Shown one piece after another: positions 39,575 to 52,800 of a stretch of DNA of 64,000 nt (positions are counted from its first letter, which is position 1; every line of letters begins with the position of its first letter). Source of the DNA: Stylophora pistillata (lineage: Eukaryota). The stretch spans positions 564,891 to 628,890 of the forward strand of contig NW_019217882.1 of assembly GCF_002571385.2 (NCBI RefSeq), given 5' to 3'. The position numbers and the translations under genes are program-made. Under the pieces are notes generated by a model. The model did no database searches, was not told where the DNA came from, and worked only from the letters and a program-made list of their open reading frames with translations.

Positions 39575-39918
39575 AATGTTTAATGTTTAATAGTTTAAAA
39601 ACAAATATTACATCGCAACCGAGGGGCTGAGTTGCATAAAATTTTACAATGATATACTATGTTATAATAGATACATACAGGAGTATAATGCATGCAGGAA
39701 TATAATAAATAATTACAATTATATTAGAAACTATAAAAAGATAAAATATCGCTAAGATCAAGTAATACTAGGCAGGCTTGATCACTCGAATATTCACGCA
39801 GTATTGTTTGCTAGTCGGCACATGCTCGAGATGAAGGACCGCTGAAAACGTTTGCTGCGCACGCCAGGGAGGTCATAATTTCTATCTCTCCTTAGGTTAT
39901 AATGGTTTACATGATTCG
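39575..39918 (-). mobile_element. Short 3' end of a CR1/L2-group LINE
   Basis: HYNLRRDRNYDLPGVRSKRFQRSFI-stop, similar to the C-terminus at 3870-3950; AT-rich 3' UTR. Confidence 0.65.
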
Positions 39919-40015
39919 ATACAATGAATATATGAAGTTCATATATTTTGAACTGCGGTATTAGATACGTATGATGCAAAAAAAATATATGAACTTCATA
40001 TATTCATTCTTTCTC
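39919..40015 (-). mobile_element. tRNA-headed repeat, family B, tail portion with a 27-bp inverted duplication
   Basis: 39919-39978 is homologous to 1805-1865. 39923-39949 and 39982-40008 are exact reverse complements. Confidence 0.8.
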
Positions 40016-40375
40016 ACTTAAGCTGTCTGTCGATTCGCTGTTTTGCTTTTCAGCAGTTTCTGCAGCTTCACCTTTTTTGCCTGGTTTTTTTATTTGCCAA
40101 TTTTGCCCATTACTCAACGTTCAACAGAGCTAGATAAAAACAGGTGACTGCCATGCGATACTTTTCCCGGGAAAATTTTGATGTATTGACGCCATGAGGT
40201 CTCGTCTTCCCATTGGTTCGCGGATTCAGGAAGCGAGATAATCTCTTGGTGTGGCGCTAGTTGTTTACAAACCTTTAGGAGCTAAAATCTCGTATTTGAT
40301 TTTGAGAGGATTACATCCACTTTTAGCGCATTTAAAGGGTAGGCAGATTTGATCGGTCGACTTTTGTGAAATTTA
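40016..40375 (-). mobile_element. Family X element, inverted copy, part 2
   Basis: Reverse complement of 34207-34540 and 57015-57290; continues directly from 35750. Confidence 0.85.
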
Positions 40376-40439
40376 TCGGCCTTCGAGTGGCGACAGTTGG
40401 TGTTCGGGACCGGTTTAAGTTTCCTGCCTTGAACTTTTT

Positions 40440-40790
40440 TATACACAGTTGACCGATAGCACCACACACGTTACAAAGAAAGTCGCCAGAACAGTGTTAA
40501 AAGGATCGTAAACGACAAAGCAGATACGGAAAAAAGGTAAGGAGACTTCATACGATATATTTCTCGCTTTCATCATCCTTTTTAATTTTTTTCTCAATTT
40601 TTTTTTATAATTTTTTCCTATTATACAGTTGACTGGTGATATCACACGCGTTAGAAAAAAAGTAGCCAAAACAGCGTTAAAACGATCGTTGGCAACAAAG
40701 CGGCTACGGAAAAAAGGTAAGGAGGCTTCACACGTTTTATTCCTCGCTATTATTATCCTTTTAATTCTTTTTTTTATAATTTTCCCTTTT
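40440..40790 (+). repeat. Diverged 180-bp tandem duplication, each unit with an 88-nt exon-like cassette
   Basis: Polypyrimidine-CAG|TTGAC...AAAAAG|GTAAGG at 40449-40536 and 40629-40716. Confidence 0.75.
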
Positions 40791-42847
40791 TTAACGGCCC
40801 ACACTATGTTAGTTATTGCCGTTAATGAACTTTAGACCACAAAACCACACACAGTACGCTTGGGCTGCCGTGGTGAAACAAGAGACCTAACGAAGAGAAC
40901 AATAGCACAGCGTGTACGTTTTCAAATTTTGTAAACTGTGCTCTGCAAATCAACAACGTGAAATCACCAAATTCTTCATGCTCTGAGAACGGAAACCACG
41001 ACGTTGAAAATGTGTTTCCGTTTGGATGCAACTTACGCATTCTTCTGCAGAGAATGTATTAGATATATTGAGGGTAAAACGCACATTCGAGAACGTTTGA
41101 CGACGTAGCTTTTTCGTTCAAATGCAAATGTGAGACAGATTCGTCCAAAGATGGCCAGTGTCCAGGCGATGTGCTCACTATGATTGCTTGCATGATGGTT
41201 GTGAAACAAATATCTTAACGCGTTCGAATGAATTTCTTTGGCGGTAGCAAGTGTTGTATTCTGTCCGTAACTGTCTCTTTAATCACATATAAGATAACTG
41301 ACAACAAACGAATTCAATCGACATCCCTCGCTCCTCGCTCCACGTGTCGTTACCTCCTCGGGTCATGTGATCGACACAACAACAAGGTAGCGTGAACATA
41401 CGTGGATTGTAATGGGGATTCACTGTCTGTTGCCGTCCTTTCGAAGTTAAAACGTTTGACGGGCCTGCGCGACTCCCGTCATTACTATGTGACGAATTCG
41501 TTCTTAGGAGGCAACTGATGTTTTTAAAGAAAGATTCGAAACTGCAATCTCCCTAAGAACCTCGACAAAAATGGCAACAGTTACAGTCAAAGTCAGAAAT
41601 TATATTCCTAGACGCGAGTTATTAAACAGGGAATTGACCCTTAACAGGCAAACGCATATTAAGAGACAGAGATCTTATAATACACAAGCTTTCTCCATCA
41701 AGCGCAATGACGAGATTTGTAAGAGGAGAAACTTCACACCTCCTATGGACGAATTTTTCTCGCTCCACATTTAGTAAAAACGTACAGAGTTTCAAAATAC
41801 CCTTCGAGAATAGATGAAACCTAGATGAATGTTGTGGGAAACGTATCTCTGGAGTTATTTCTGCAGGAGAGAAGCATACTTTAAAACAAAGAAAATAGCG
41901 CGCACACGGAAGTAAATTGCCTCTTGTAACACAATTTCATCCGGCTTTGCCAAACCTCAAGAACATACAGATGGGTAAATGACACCTCATAATTGACCTT
42001 TATTATCACATCGCAAAGGAAAGTCATCAAGAGATATCCTAATATGAACTAAACTTTGAGGGTTGAAGATTTAAAGGCGCTAGCGAATTGTATGAGAGAC
42101 ACAGGCCTATCAGCACCTTTTAACGGTCGACTGCCTTTTGCTTTGTGGCTTTCCGGCGTGTCGCCTCGCGCAAGGTAGAGGTTTTCACGCACCAAGAAGT
42201 GACTCTTTTCATTGCTCTAAACTGTTTTTCATTCAATGATCAAGATGGAAGACTTATCGCATAACACTCACAATTAGTTCGTTTTCCTTCACCTAGGAAA
42301 GTAGATTTACAACACGATTGAAAACAACATAGCAAAAGTCCTTGCAGTAGTAACGCTATGTAACGCAACACCCTAAACGCAACAATGGGCCCTTTCGCTG
42401 TATAAAAGGGTCTCAAACATTATCGCTTAAAATGCATGAAACATTTGTACCGTTGGAGTGCGTTTGGGCGCGTTTGGTCAGAGCTGTTGAAGAAGGATCA
42501 AAGTGGCCATACAAATCTTTGAACGGCTTCAAACTACGACGTACAACGAATTTGACCTTCTCGAAAACCGGTCTCGAATTACATACTAAAAAACAGTGCT
42601 TGCGTTTGTCCTTGAGACCGATAGAATACGCTACAAATACGTACGGAAAATACTTCTACACAATCAGATTATATCAAATTATATTTACCTATAGTGAAAG
42701 GATAAAGAAACGGCCTAACTTTCACGGAATGTTCGGTCAAAATCAGCCAATTTCTGCCGCTTTTACCGCCATATTCTAAGTAACGCTACCTCAATGCAAT
42801 GCGATCGGAGTGCGCACACTGCCTGCCCCTGGCCAGTGTCGGTTCTG

Positions 42848-43056
42848 GGGCCCGTTTCTCGAAAGTCCCGGTAACTTAACGCGCCCGAAGTCATGTTTCA
42901 AAATCAAAAGTTAAGGGATAGGAAATCGGGTTCTGGCACATAAACCAGTCCTTTTTGTTTCTCTAGCTGATAGTTTTATTGTATCATTCTCAAAACTTTT
43001 GAAATCCCCATCTTTACGGGCCCGTTAAGTTACCGGGACTTTCGAGAAACGGCCCC
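42848..43056. mobile_element. PIF/Harbinger-type MITE
   Basis: ~35-bp TIRs GGGCCCGTTTCTCGAAAGTCCCGGTAACTTAACG; 3-bp TSD CTG at 42845-42847 and 43057-43059. Confidence 0.85.
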
Positions 43057-44489
43057 CTGAACCAAGATGAGTCACAACAGACGTTGAGGAAGGTTTCACG
43101 ATTGTCCGCCATTTTGAAACCGTAAGGGATTCGGGGGAAGGTGATATCAGGCGGCGATTTTTCTGAAAGACTGCATACCTTCCAAATTTTCAGGTTGGGT
43201 GAACAATTAATCAATCTTCCCTGTAACAAAATCTGTTTCAATTCTATAACCTTGTTAACAACCAAGAGGCACTTCAGTGTCTAAAAGTTCTTAATCGAAG
43301 CGCGCACTCTGAGCGACCGAGTCGATTTCTTAAGCCAAGAGACGAATTAAAATACGCTAGTCAAATTTAACAAGGACAATACCGGAAACCACACAATTAT
43401 AAAATTATTCACTGTTTCTGAGAATTCCTGCGAGAAGCATCTACTGCAGATCTTCGACTTGCCGCTGTCATGCTCATGACGGTTTTTTTTTCATAGGTAA
43501 GGCTCATTGACTCCCGATCGACTAACAATCTTCATGTCATCGAGAACTCTTTTCAGCGCTCGTTTAATCCCCCGATCGCACATAAAGTGTTAGTGAGTTG
43601 AAGCTCTTTTAACTGAATACCTTTGAAACCCTCAGATCCCTCCAACCATTGTCAATATAGCGAACTTTGTTGACTATGCTTCTGCGCTGCTCGTTATGAT
43701 AGCGGCACAAGCCCAAAATGTTAATGCAACATTTGATTTTACAAATAAATGGCGAGACCGCGTGGAGATTAAGGCAAGCTAGCAGAAACCCAATACAGCA
43801 TTTAAGCTTGTGCAACGAAATATTAACCACCTTGGATGCCGAATAATGGAATCTAGTCTTGATCATGTAAGGTTCACACCAGCTGAAGGCATCTGCAGAT
43901 TTTGGAAAAAGATCCGCTAGGTGGCGAACGGTATAAATGGAAGAGAGGTAAATAGGAAGACGTGAATAATGTTGTCCCAATCACAAGAAAATATCCAATA
44001 TCGTAACGACGAGGTGATACACGTCACATCCTGTAGATATAAACTTACACTTTCGAAACGATTTCACAGAGATGGGGAGGCAAGAACAAAGACACTTGAA
44101 ATTATCAATTACATATAAAAGTAAGTGGAATTTTCACAAAGAATGATTTGCTTAGTAGATTGTAACAAGAAAACGATACGAGTTGGGGTTTGAAGAGAAG
44201 TTTATTCAGTCGATACATGACCACAACTTAGAAGTCTTAGAACATTATGCAACAGGCGTGCACGTGCTCTCATGTCTCGCAACTTGTTACATAGATGATG
44301 TAAAAAGAAAGAATCGATGACAATTGCAAAAACAAAAAAATAATAACTTTGCCTTCCTTTACCTATTGTCTCGAGCAGGGTATATGTTAACAGTCAGTCA
44401 GTATGCAGTCAAGTAAAAGATAACGGGTGGAGGAGCTCACTCTTTGTCAACTGGCCTGGTATTTGGTTCATCATTTACTATAGTAAAAC

Positions 44490-44735
44490 AGCGGAAATTA
44501 GAGAAACATGTTTCTCGTCTTGTAACGAGCGTGGGGCAAAGAAAAATTCTGAGTCCCCAAGAGGAACACAGAAGTTCATGTATCACACGAGTCCTGCATA
44601 CTGCTACGATCAGCAATGTCGATAGCGTCATGCTTTTGACAAATAGAATAAGAAGTATGGTGAATTTTGAGCCCACCATAGAGTCTTTGTGGCTCAGTGG
44701 TAGAGCATCGGAGCGCGCAATCCAAAGGTCTGAGA
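44490..44735. repeat. Degenerate tRNA-related interspersed repeat
   Basis: TGGCTCAGTGGTAGAGCA A box at ~44690, truncated before a B box. Confidence 0.5.
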
Positions 44736-44969
44736 GCAAGAATGTCCCTTACAAGCTCCTTGTTTGTTTTTAATTTTCAATTCTTTACGAAGGTCAGTAT
44801 ATGTTGTCACATTTAAGTACGTTCCAGCCTTTAGAAATATTTATCACCCAGTAGATTTAAACAAATTATTCTGAAAATCTCTCCGGTATCTTTTGGGAAA
44901 AAAAACAAAACTGGCGCATTGGGACAAATATTGGCTGTTTTATTTTAGTTTGTTTTGTTTCGTGTTTTC

Positions 44970-45118
44970 NNNNNNNNNNNNNNNNNNNNNNNNNNNNNNN
45001 NNNNNNNNNNNNNNNNNNNNNNNNNNNNNNNNNNNNNNNNNNNNNNNNNNNNNNNNNNNNNNNNNNNNNNNNNNNNNNNNNNNNNNNNNNNNNNNNNNNN
45101 NNNNNNNNNNNNNNNNNN
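44970..45118. other. Assembly gap
   Basis: 149 N. Confidence 1.
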
Positions 45119-46761
45119 GGGCTACCTTTGAGTTTCAAAGTTGAACTTGAACTGTTAGGGAAGACAAGCCGGCGTCCAAGCTTCTGTTAGAGGAGCAGTT
45201 CAGGAAAGACACAGTTATAAGTGCCGACCTTGAACGATACAAGATGGATATGTTTCACAGCTCATTAATTTTTAATCTTGCAAACTCTGTGTGATTCAAC
45301 CGCTAGTACACAGGAGACTCCAATCAAAGGGAGAACTCTTGCTCCTGATAACAGCGTGATATATCTGAAAATATTTGATAACGAATTTGTAACGTTGATA
45401 CCGTGTTCTTCATTAGCCCTTTACCTTCGGATTTCTGGTACAAGTTTTATCACTTCGTCAAACAATCTTCGGCTCAAGGTACCAATTAAATGAACATGAT
45501 GTTATTATCTCGAGACACTAGGAAAATAATCCCCGATGCAATAATTTGATTTAATAAAAAGAAGTCTGAAAAGGCTAAAGTAAACTAATTATTACACGCA
45601 AATGAAGTAAATCAGATATTGGCCGTGGATGGTAACGAATTGCGAATTGATTCACAAAGGCGGTCTGCGATTAAACAAATTGTAGATTCCTAATACCGAT
45701 TCGAGCCTCGTGCTTCTTCTTTTCAGTAACTTCTGTGAGAACACTGGTTAGGATTATTTACTAAATTTATCACTCCGGTTAGAAAATATATTCTTGGTTT
45801 TGTTTTTTTTTTTGTTTTTATTTTTAGAATTTCGATATCGATAAAGAAATACCTTTTTTTTTCCCCGAAATGTCTTCCTGTTTTTGCAAGTATCGCATAA
45901 CAGTGCTTTATGTTTTTCATCATTGTTCCAACATACTAAATTAAAGTTGTCTCTTAATTGCTTTGAACAATAAAGGATACGTCAGTTATTTGAGCGGTTT
46001 GAGTCCCTAATTAATTGTCATCAAGTTCATTAATTGTAATCAGCTTTACTGAGCAAGATGTTGTACTGCATATTTAGCTTCTTCTAACACAAGATAATTT
46101 CGAATTAAATACTTTTGATTGAATCCATATAAGCATCATATCAAAGATGATTAAGACCTCTCCGTATACGTAAATACCGCATGACAGACCTGAAATAATC
46201 TAACCCAAACCATTCAATTAGATGCTTTGTTATAATCTTATCATCAATTTATACGCCTTTTTAAAGAAAACTAGCTCTGATTTGATTATTCTGCTACGAT
46301 GGAATAGCGACCACTTCACCTTATTATTAAGGCTCTCTTTAAGTGTTTGAAAAGAAAATGAAATCTCCCATTAAGTTTGAAACATTCCATTGCTTTTTCA
46401 TGAAGATCAAGGTGACAGACATTACGTGATTAAGTAACAGTTTCCTTGCTAAGAAAGCTGCGGGGAAAATTATTAAAGATTTATGTAACCGCCCTTATAA
46501 ATGTTCTCTATTGGTCGAAAACCAGCGGAATTATATCGTTGCGGATTATAAACATAGGATGCCTCAAAAAAATACGTGGTGGGAAAGAAATGTGTGTGCA
46601 ATAAGGTGATCTCTTCGGCTAAAAGAATATAAGCATGGATTTTTCTCAAAACAAGATATGAATAAAATCACAATCCAGGTACGTTAAATGAACTGTGCAT
46701 ATACTGAAGTGATCACTACTATTTGAGAATCAAATAAACAGTCTTTGTTTTTTTTCTGCAG

Positions 46762-46819
46762 ATATTGGCTTCGATTGCTTTTGGTATCATTCAGGTTCGA
46801 GTAGCATCAGGGACCAAAG
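46762..46819 (+). CDS. PKD1-like exon: probable signal-peptide core
   Basis: Strong acceptor TTTTTCTGCAG and donor AAG|GTAAAT; ILASIAFGIIQVRVASGTK, phase 0 to 1. Confidence 0.65.
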
Positions 46820-49800
46820 GTAAATGACTGTCAATTCTTTTTTTTTTTTCCTTCTTTCTTTCCTCTGCATATCTAGTCATATGAGCCCCCTTTGATCGCC
46901 AGATTAATTCAACTGTCAAGTATCAACTACAAAATTTTGCTTTCAGGCCAGCACGTATTTTGCGCCTTCACACAAAGGCAAGGCGAAAGAGATCACGTTT
47001 TTAGGCTTATTCCGAAGTACCTATTTCAATTAACAATTACAATAATCGTATTTCTCTTAAATAGAGCACCTTAAATCCTATTATGATGTGGTTCTAATGA
47101 AGGGACGATCAGCTGCTGATGGAAAAATACCTTCGTGGGAAAATTTGACGAGATAACGGTTTCATATCTGAGCAGAAAGTACCACCAAATTTGAATATGA
47201 TGTCGGCTAACAAGATTTCAAAACTTGAATGGTTTCATCTGAGATGAATAAATGACATACTTTGAAAATCGATTGATGGACAAAACTGTTTAGTTGGCAA
47301 TTCCACCATGCGATGCAAATTATGTGCTTGGAATTTTTTGAGACAGCGTTATCGATAAAAAATTATTCCTGATTTTAAAAAGAATTCTATATGTAAAGTC
47401 AAAAGAAAATTCGATGAAATAAACTCGGAATTATAGTGAAAGGAAATACTGCGTTCTCGTTTATCTGCACTGAGGTGAAAGAAGGAAATATCTTTATAAT
47501 AAGGTTGTTTATCTTTATCAAGAGACAGCAGGGCTCCTTAAGTTCCATATTTGTAAACTCTGGAAACGGATTCAGGAATACTAAGTTAAGAAAATCAGAG
47601 GGTGAAGGAAAAAAAAAAGGAAAGAAAAAAATTGCAAAGTAACTATAGCAGCTCTTAAGAATCGTTTTGGATTACTTGAAATGATTGCCTTGGTCGCATC
47701 ATTATGAATCATAATATTATATCAAAAATTGGGCGCCTGGAGAGGAAATGAGAGGAAAGACGGGCACTAACAGTCATCAAAGAGCCTTCGAGATTTCTTT
47801 ACCACCGATGCGTGCCAATAAAAACTGGCGTGAAAATCACGTAGTTCATAATGTTCTTCTTCTTGTTCAACGAGGATTAGCCAGCTATGGTAGAGCAAGC
47901 ATAGTATAACCTGAGACATCAAAATTACTACTTTAAAGAGCGAAAAGAACACCCAAATATGCTTTTATCAAATATATAGCTTATGCTTCGGACGGAAAAT
48001 GTTGTTGTGTGCTTCGCGAAACTCGCACTTGTACGCGTCAATAGCAATTATTGTATTATATCGACCGTTACGTTGTTTCATTGTATTCCTATTGATGTTT
48101 TTTTTTTTTTTCCTTTTTTACGCGTGGGAGATCATTTTAGAAAACAGTATTCCATCTTATTGAGCGCAAATGAAAGAAAGTCTCCATTGGAAATTGCACT
48201 CGTACTTTCCTACAAAAGAGCTGAAAGAAATACTTTTAACTATTGGACAGAAGGGAAATTTAATTTGGCGGTAATAGCCGCCTTGATGTTTTTGTGTCCA
48301 TCTGTCCTGATATTTCTCGCTAAATATCCTCACATGTGATAAATAATGTCTGCAGCTCTTGGTTGTGTCCTGGATTTACCTAGGCCGAAAACACTGCGGA
48401 TTGTTCATTTCTTATTTTTACAACAGAATGTCGTCGGCCGGTACTTTTTTCCATCAACCCAGATCAGCTTAATGCCTCTACATCCCTAAACGACTTCCCA
48501 GCTAAAGATGGTCTGATAAACGAATATGATTTTGGCTCCTGGTGTGCCGCTGTAGAGGACCAAGAACAATGGTTGGAAGTGGATCTCCAGGAAAAAAGAT
48601 TTGTCATGGCTATTGGTTTACAAGGCCGATATGGACACTCATGGGTTGAAATGTTTTACGTTCAGTATAGCACCGATGGGAACAAATGGTACTGCTATGG
48701 GTCGGAAATTGGTCACAAGGTATAAACTAAGTATTACTGTTGAGTTACCTACCGTGTAAATCTCCTCACCGTTCAGGTAGGGGCCAAAAAAAGCTAGTGA
48801 GACAGCTTTCCAATCAATCGCAGTAAAGAGAATTTCGCCTCGCGAGCTATCATAAAATTAGGGTCTTAACATATGCAGCTAGTTCATGTATAAATCTCCT
48901 GGATCGTCATCAAGCGAGGGACTGAAACAGCTTGTGAATCAATTTTAGAATGAGTCGAGGTAAAGAGAGTGTTACTGCGCTGGCTAGCATAAGATAAAGC
49001 CCCAACATATGCAGCTAATTTATATAAATTATGCTTTACATAAACAATGCTTTTGCATTTTAATTTGTAGATATTTCAAGGTAACGAAAACAGCGAAACT
49101 GTGAAAATTTTTGTTCTTCATTTGGATTCGATTTTTGCAAGCTACATTCGGATTAATCCACGAACCTGGAACAACAGCATTTGTTTACGAACTGAGATCT
49201 ACGGATGCCCATATAACCCAGATAAAGGTAGGGGGCCAAATATAAGGTTGACTTGGTCAGCGGGTAACGTGGAAAGAAAAAAAGAAAAAAAAAAAAAAAA
49301 AAAAAGAAAAAAAGCGGAAGCTGAATCTAGCATTGAATTATTTTAAATCTAAACAATCTGTCGTCCTCGAACATTCGTCATCGGGAAATGCCAAGTAGTT
49401 ATTTACTGAATGAGAGGGCCGGCGGGGCAAATGTTCGGGTTTTTGTTTTGACGTACGGTCTGACCGCGGCGAGGTCCATGTATTGTGAACGAGAAGTGTC
49501 GATAATTTCGAAAAATTTTGTTTTAACCTAAATTTGACGCGATAAATGGCGTATGCGGGACAATCACTAAAATATCCTACGATAGGAAAATTTTTCTTTA
49601 ATTTTTCGAGTCAGAACAAGAGAGTCACAGTTCATCGTGAGAAACAACTTATTTTCTCATTTCTGTTTTCCTTTTAGCTCAACTTAAAAAAAATATTTTC
49701 TTCATTTTGCAACAACAAAGCTGTAGGAGCTTTTGCCGAACCGGCCCACGTCAACCCTGTTGGGAGAGACAAACACAAGAGCTCGTGCGGAAAATGTTTT

Positions 49801-52800
49801 TTTTTTTTTGCTTCTTTACTTTATTGTTTGTTTGTTTTCTATTTTCGTATTCATTCCGTCATCAATTCTTCTTTCCTTTGTGTTTGTTTCTTTGTTGCTT
49901 TGTTTTTTTTTGTTATTGTTGCTGTTGTTTTAGTTTAGCTTAGTCAAGCATAAATCATGCTGTTCTTCCGATACTGCGCAATATCTGCTAGCACTCATCT
50001 AGAATGTCACAATTAATTGCCAAAACGTTAAAGGTCTTACGAGATAAAACTTGAACTAATTACCCTAACCCTTCAAATATCTTACATCATTCCTCTCAAG
50101 GACTATTTGAAAGTTAGAAAATCGAGATATTCAATTTTAAACTCCATTTAAATAATTTGATAGACTACGACACTCGTCGGCCAATGTATCAGGCCTGTGG
50201 ACTGGACCATCCGACTTCTCCACCAACGACAACACCTCCTCCTCCAACTACTTCAGTAGAGCAGATTATAGGAGGTAAATGAAATGATGATTACGATATA
50301 ATCTCTTTAAAAAATTAAGATAGAAAACACGATAACAGGTTAAGAATAAACCTCCATAATGGAGCCTATTTAATTAGTTTTTTTTCTACGCGGCTTTGGA
50401 TACCACTAGACAACGTGCCAGTTCTCGTTAAAACTGTTATTGAAAAATCTGTTTCCGATTGTTTTTGATGCGAGCCTTTGCGCGCTGATATGAGCATGCG
50501 TCACACTCCTGAAATGTGTGAACGGTCGTGTGAATATTCGTTGAAAGAAGTCAACATGACGCGTCCTGTAATACAAGAGAAAAACTTTGTGCGCTCGCCT
50601 GATAGCAATGAATGACAGGAAGAAAAGAGAGCTCCTCCTATGTAGCTCACATTAGCAAAGCAGGATTTTTACTTGTAGATACTTCGGGGATTTCCGAAAA
50701 TGGATAAAATCTATAAATAAAAAAAAAAAAAAGATGCTTAAGAGAAATCAAAGATATATTGGAATGTCGTCCTAACCTGATCTTTTTTTTGTCTGAATTT
50801 TTTTTTCTCCTCTTAGACATACCAATCTCGCAGTTCAGTATTATCCTTCAGGATGGACACATAGTCAAGACATCTAAATTATTCCCTGTTCGTGTCGGAC
50901 CACATGATGGAACTAAAGTCAAATATCGATGGGAACTTGAAAACGAAGAACTGGTTAAAACTCAGAAGGTTTTTTTCCATGTTTACAACCACCCTGGTGC
51001 TTACACCATTCACGTTACAGCATATAACAGGAACAACACGGTTAATAGTAGCACCATTGTTATTGTGCAAGATGAAATTAAAGGCCTGAAGTGCGTCCAA
51101 AGTACTGTTGCAGTTGTTCCAATGGAAGAGGCAGTAGTCGAATGGGTTATTTCTAAAGGTAAATCAGGTTTTTTTTTTTTTTTCATTTTTTGTAGTGAAT
51201 TACGCGGGCATACTCCTTCCTTTTGTCTTTTAGTTGTTTTTGTTTTGTCTTAATTTCCATCTAAAGGTACCAACCACGCCTTTTGTGAAATGAGAAGAGT
51301 ATAACATGTTATTGAACAACACTAATACTGATCTCTAACCTGCAGGAACAAATGTGACTTTTACGATTTCTCCTGGCGATGGCAGCGCTGAACACACTCT
51401 ACACACATCTACTAATGGTTTTTTCAAAAACTCATTTGCTCATCGTTATACAAGTGCAGGCGTGTACATTGTCTCCATTGGAGCTAAAAACGCTGTTGAA
51501 GATACTCCGAAAATTGTAGAATGCACCGTCTCCGTAGAAGATCCGATTGATAACCTGACTTTGGAAATACCAGTAACTCGAATAAAAATTGGCTCTCAAG
51601 ACCTATATATTGCAGTCGATGAGAGCATTACGGTAGTAGGAAGTCTAACTAGAGGGACTAGTGTCCTCTGCCACTATGACTTTGGGGAACAAGTTTTAAC
51701 TGGAGAAGTCGACTCTTTTAGCAAAACTTATGCATACAGCAAACCAGGAATCTTCACTGTAAGTCTCAATTGCTCGAACAGTGTTAGCAGTATGTACAAA
51801 GAGTCTTTAAGGAGGATCATAGTTCAAAAAGATGAACCGATAGATGACCTGCAGGTAATGGTCCCTGCCACAGCCAAAGGGCATCAGTCTGTGATTTCAC
51901 TCTTGATGTCTTCCGGAACGGCTTTTGTTTGTGACTGGAACCTCGGGGACAACACAACTTTCCAGACAGATGTATCTGACATAGGTAAAAAAGTCCTACA
52001 TCAATATGCTAAAGAAGGACCTTTTGACGTAATTGTTAGTTGCAAAACTCGACACGGCATTGTAAGAGCCCACATCGTTGCTTGGGTGCAAATACCTATT
52101 GCTCACTTAACTTGTACCTCGTTACACCACTACATCATGGTATCGCAAGAGACTCTTTTTAACATTTCTGTTCATTCAGGCTCTAAAGTAACCGCTGTGG
52201 CGGAATTTGAAAATGATCAAAGACAAAGTGTCATATTTCAGGAGAGTTTCCTAAACTGGAAATCATTTATTTTGAAACATTCCTTCTCATCGAATGGGTC
52301 TTATTCCGTAATGGTAAAGGCAGCTAACCTCCTCGGAAGCCTCACCACAAATTGCACACCCATCGTTGTTGTGCAGAATCCTCTGGCTAATATAACTTTG
52401 ACACCTGACAAGAACATCATTCAAGTATCAGACCTTGTTGCCTTCCGCCTTACGACAACAATTTCGAGAGACTTCCAGCCCAGCCATGCCGCTTGTTCAT
52501 GGTCATTCGAAAACAATTCGTATACAACTGACATACCTTTGATATTTACGGAAGGAGAACACACCACACTTCATAGATATATGTCCCCGGGAGAATTCAC
52601 AGCTAAGGTCTCCTGCTCGAATAAAGTCAGTAGAATTGAGCTCAAGACGAATGTCACGGTTCTCAAATTGATCGAGCCGGCTATGACAATTTGTCTCGAT
52701 TGTGACCACTTTTCGGACCTAAAGAGGAATCCATTCATTGAATATTTCGCTCTTGGTGACACAGTGACGTTGTCGGTATCATCTCAAAGCTTCGACAGGG

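Noticed and set aside
43609-44040. Possible further GPCR pseudogene or 123-aa ORF on the minus strand
   Set aside because: Only scattered hydrophobic stretches, several stops and no diagnostic motif.
49707-49943. Hydrophobic Phe-rich ORFs (also 17103-17534, 26332-26553, 47983-48339)
   Set aside because: Translations of T-rich intronic or intergenic low-complexity DNA.
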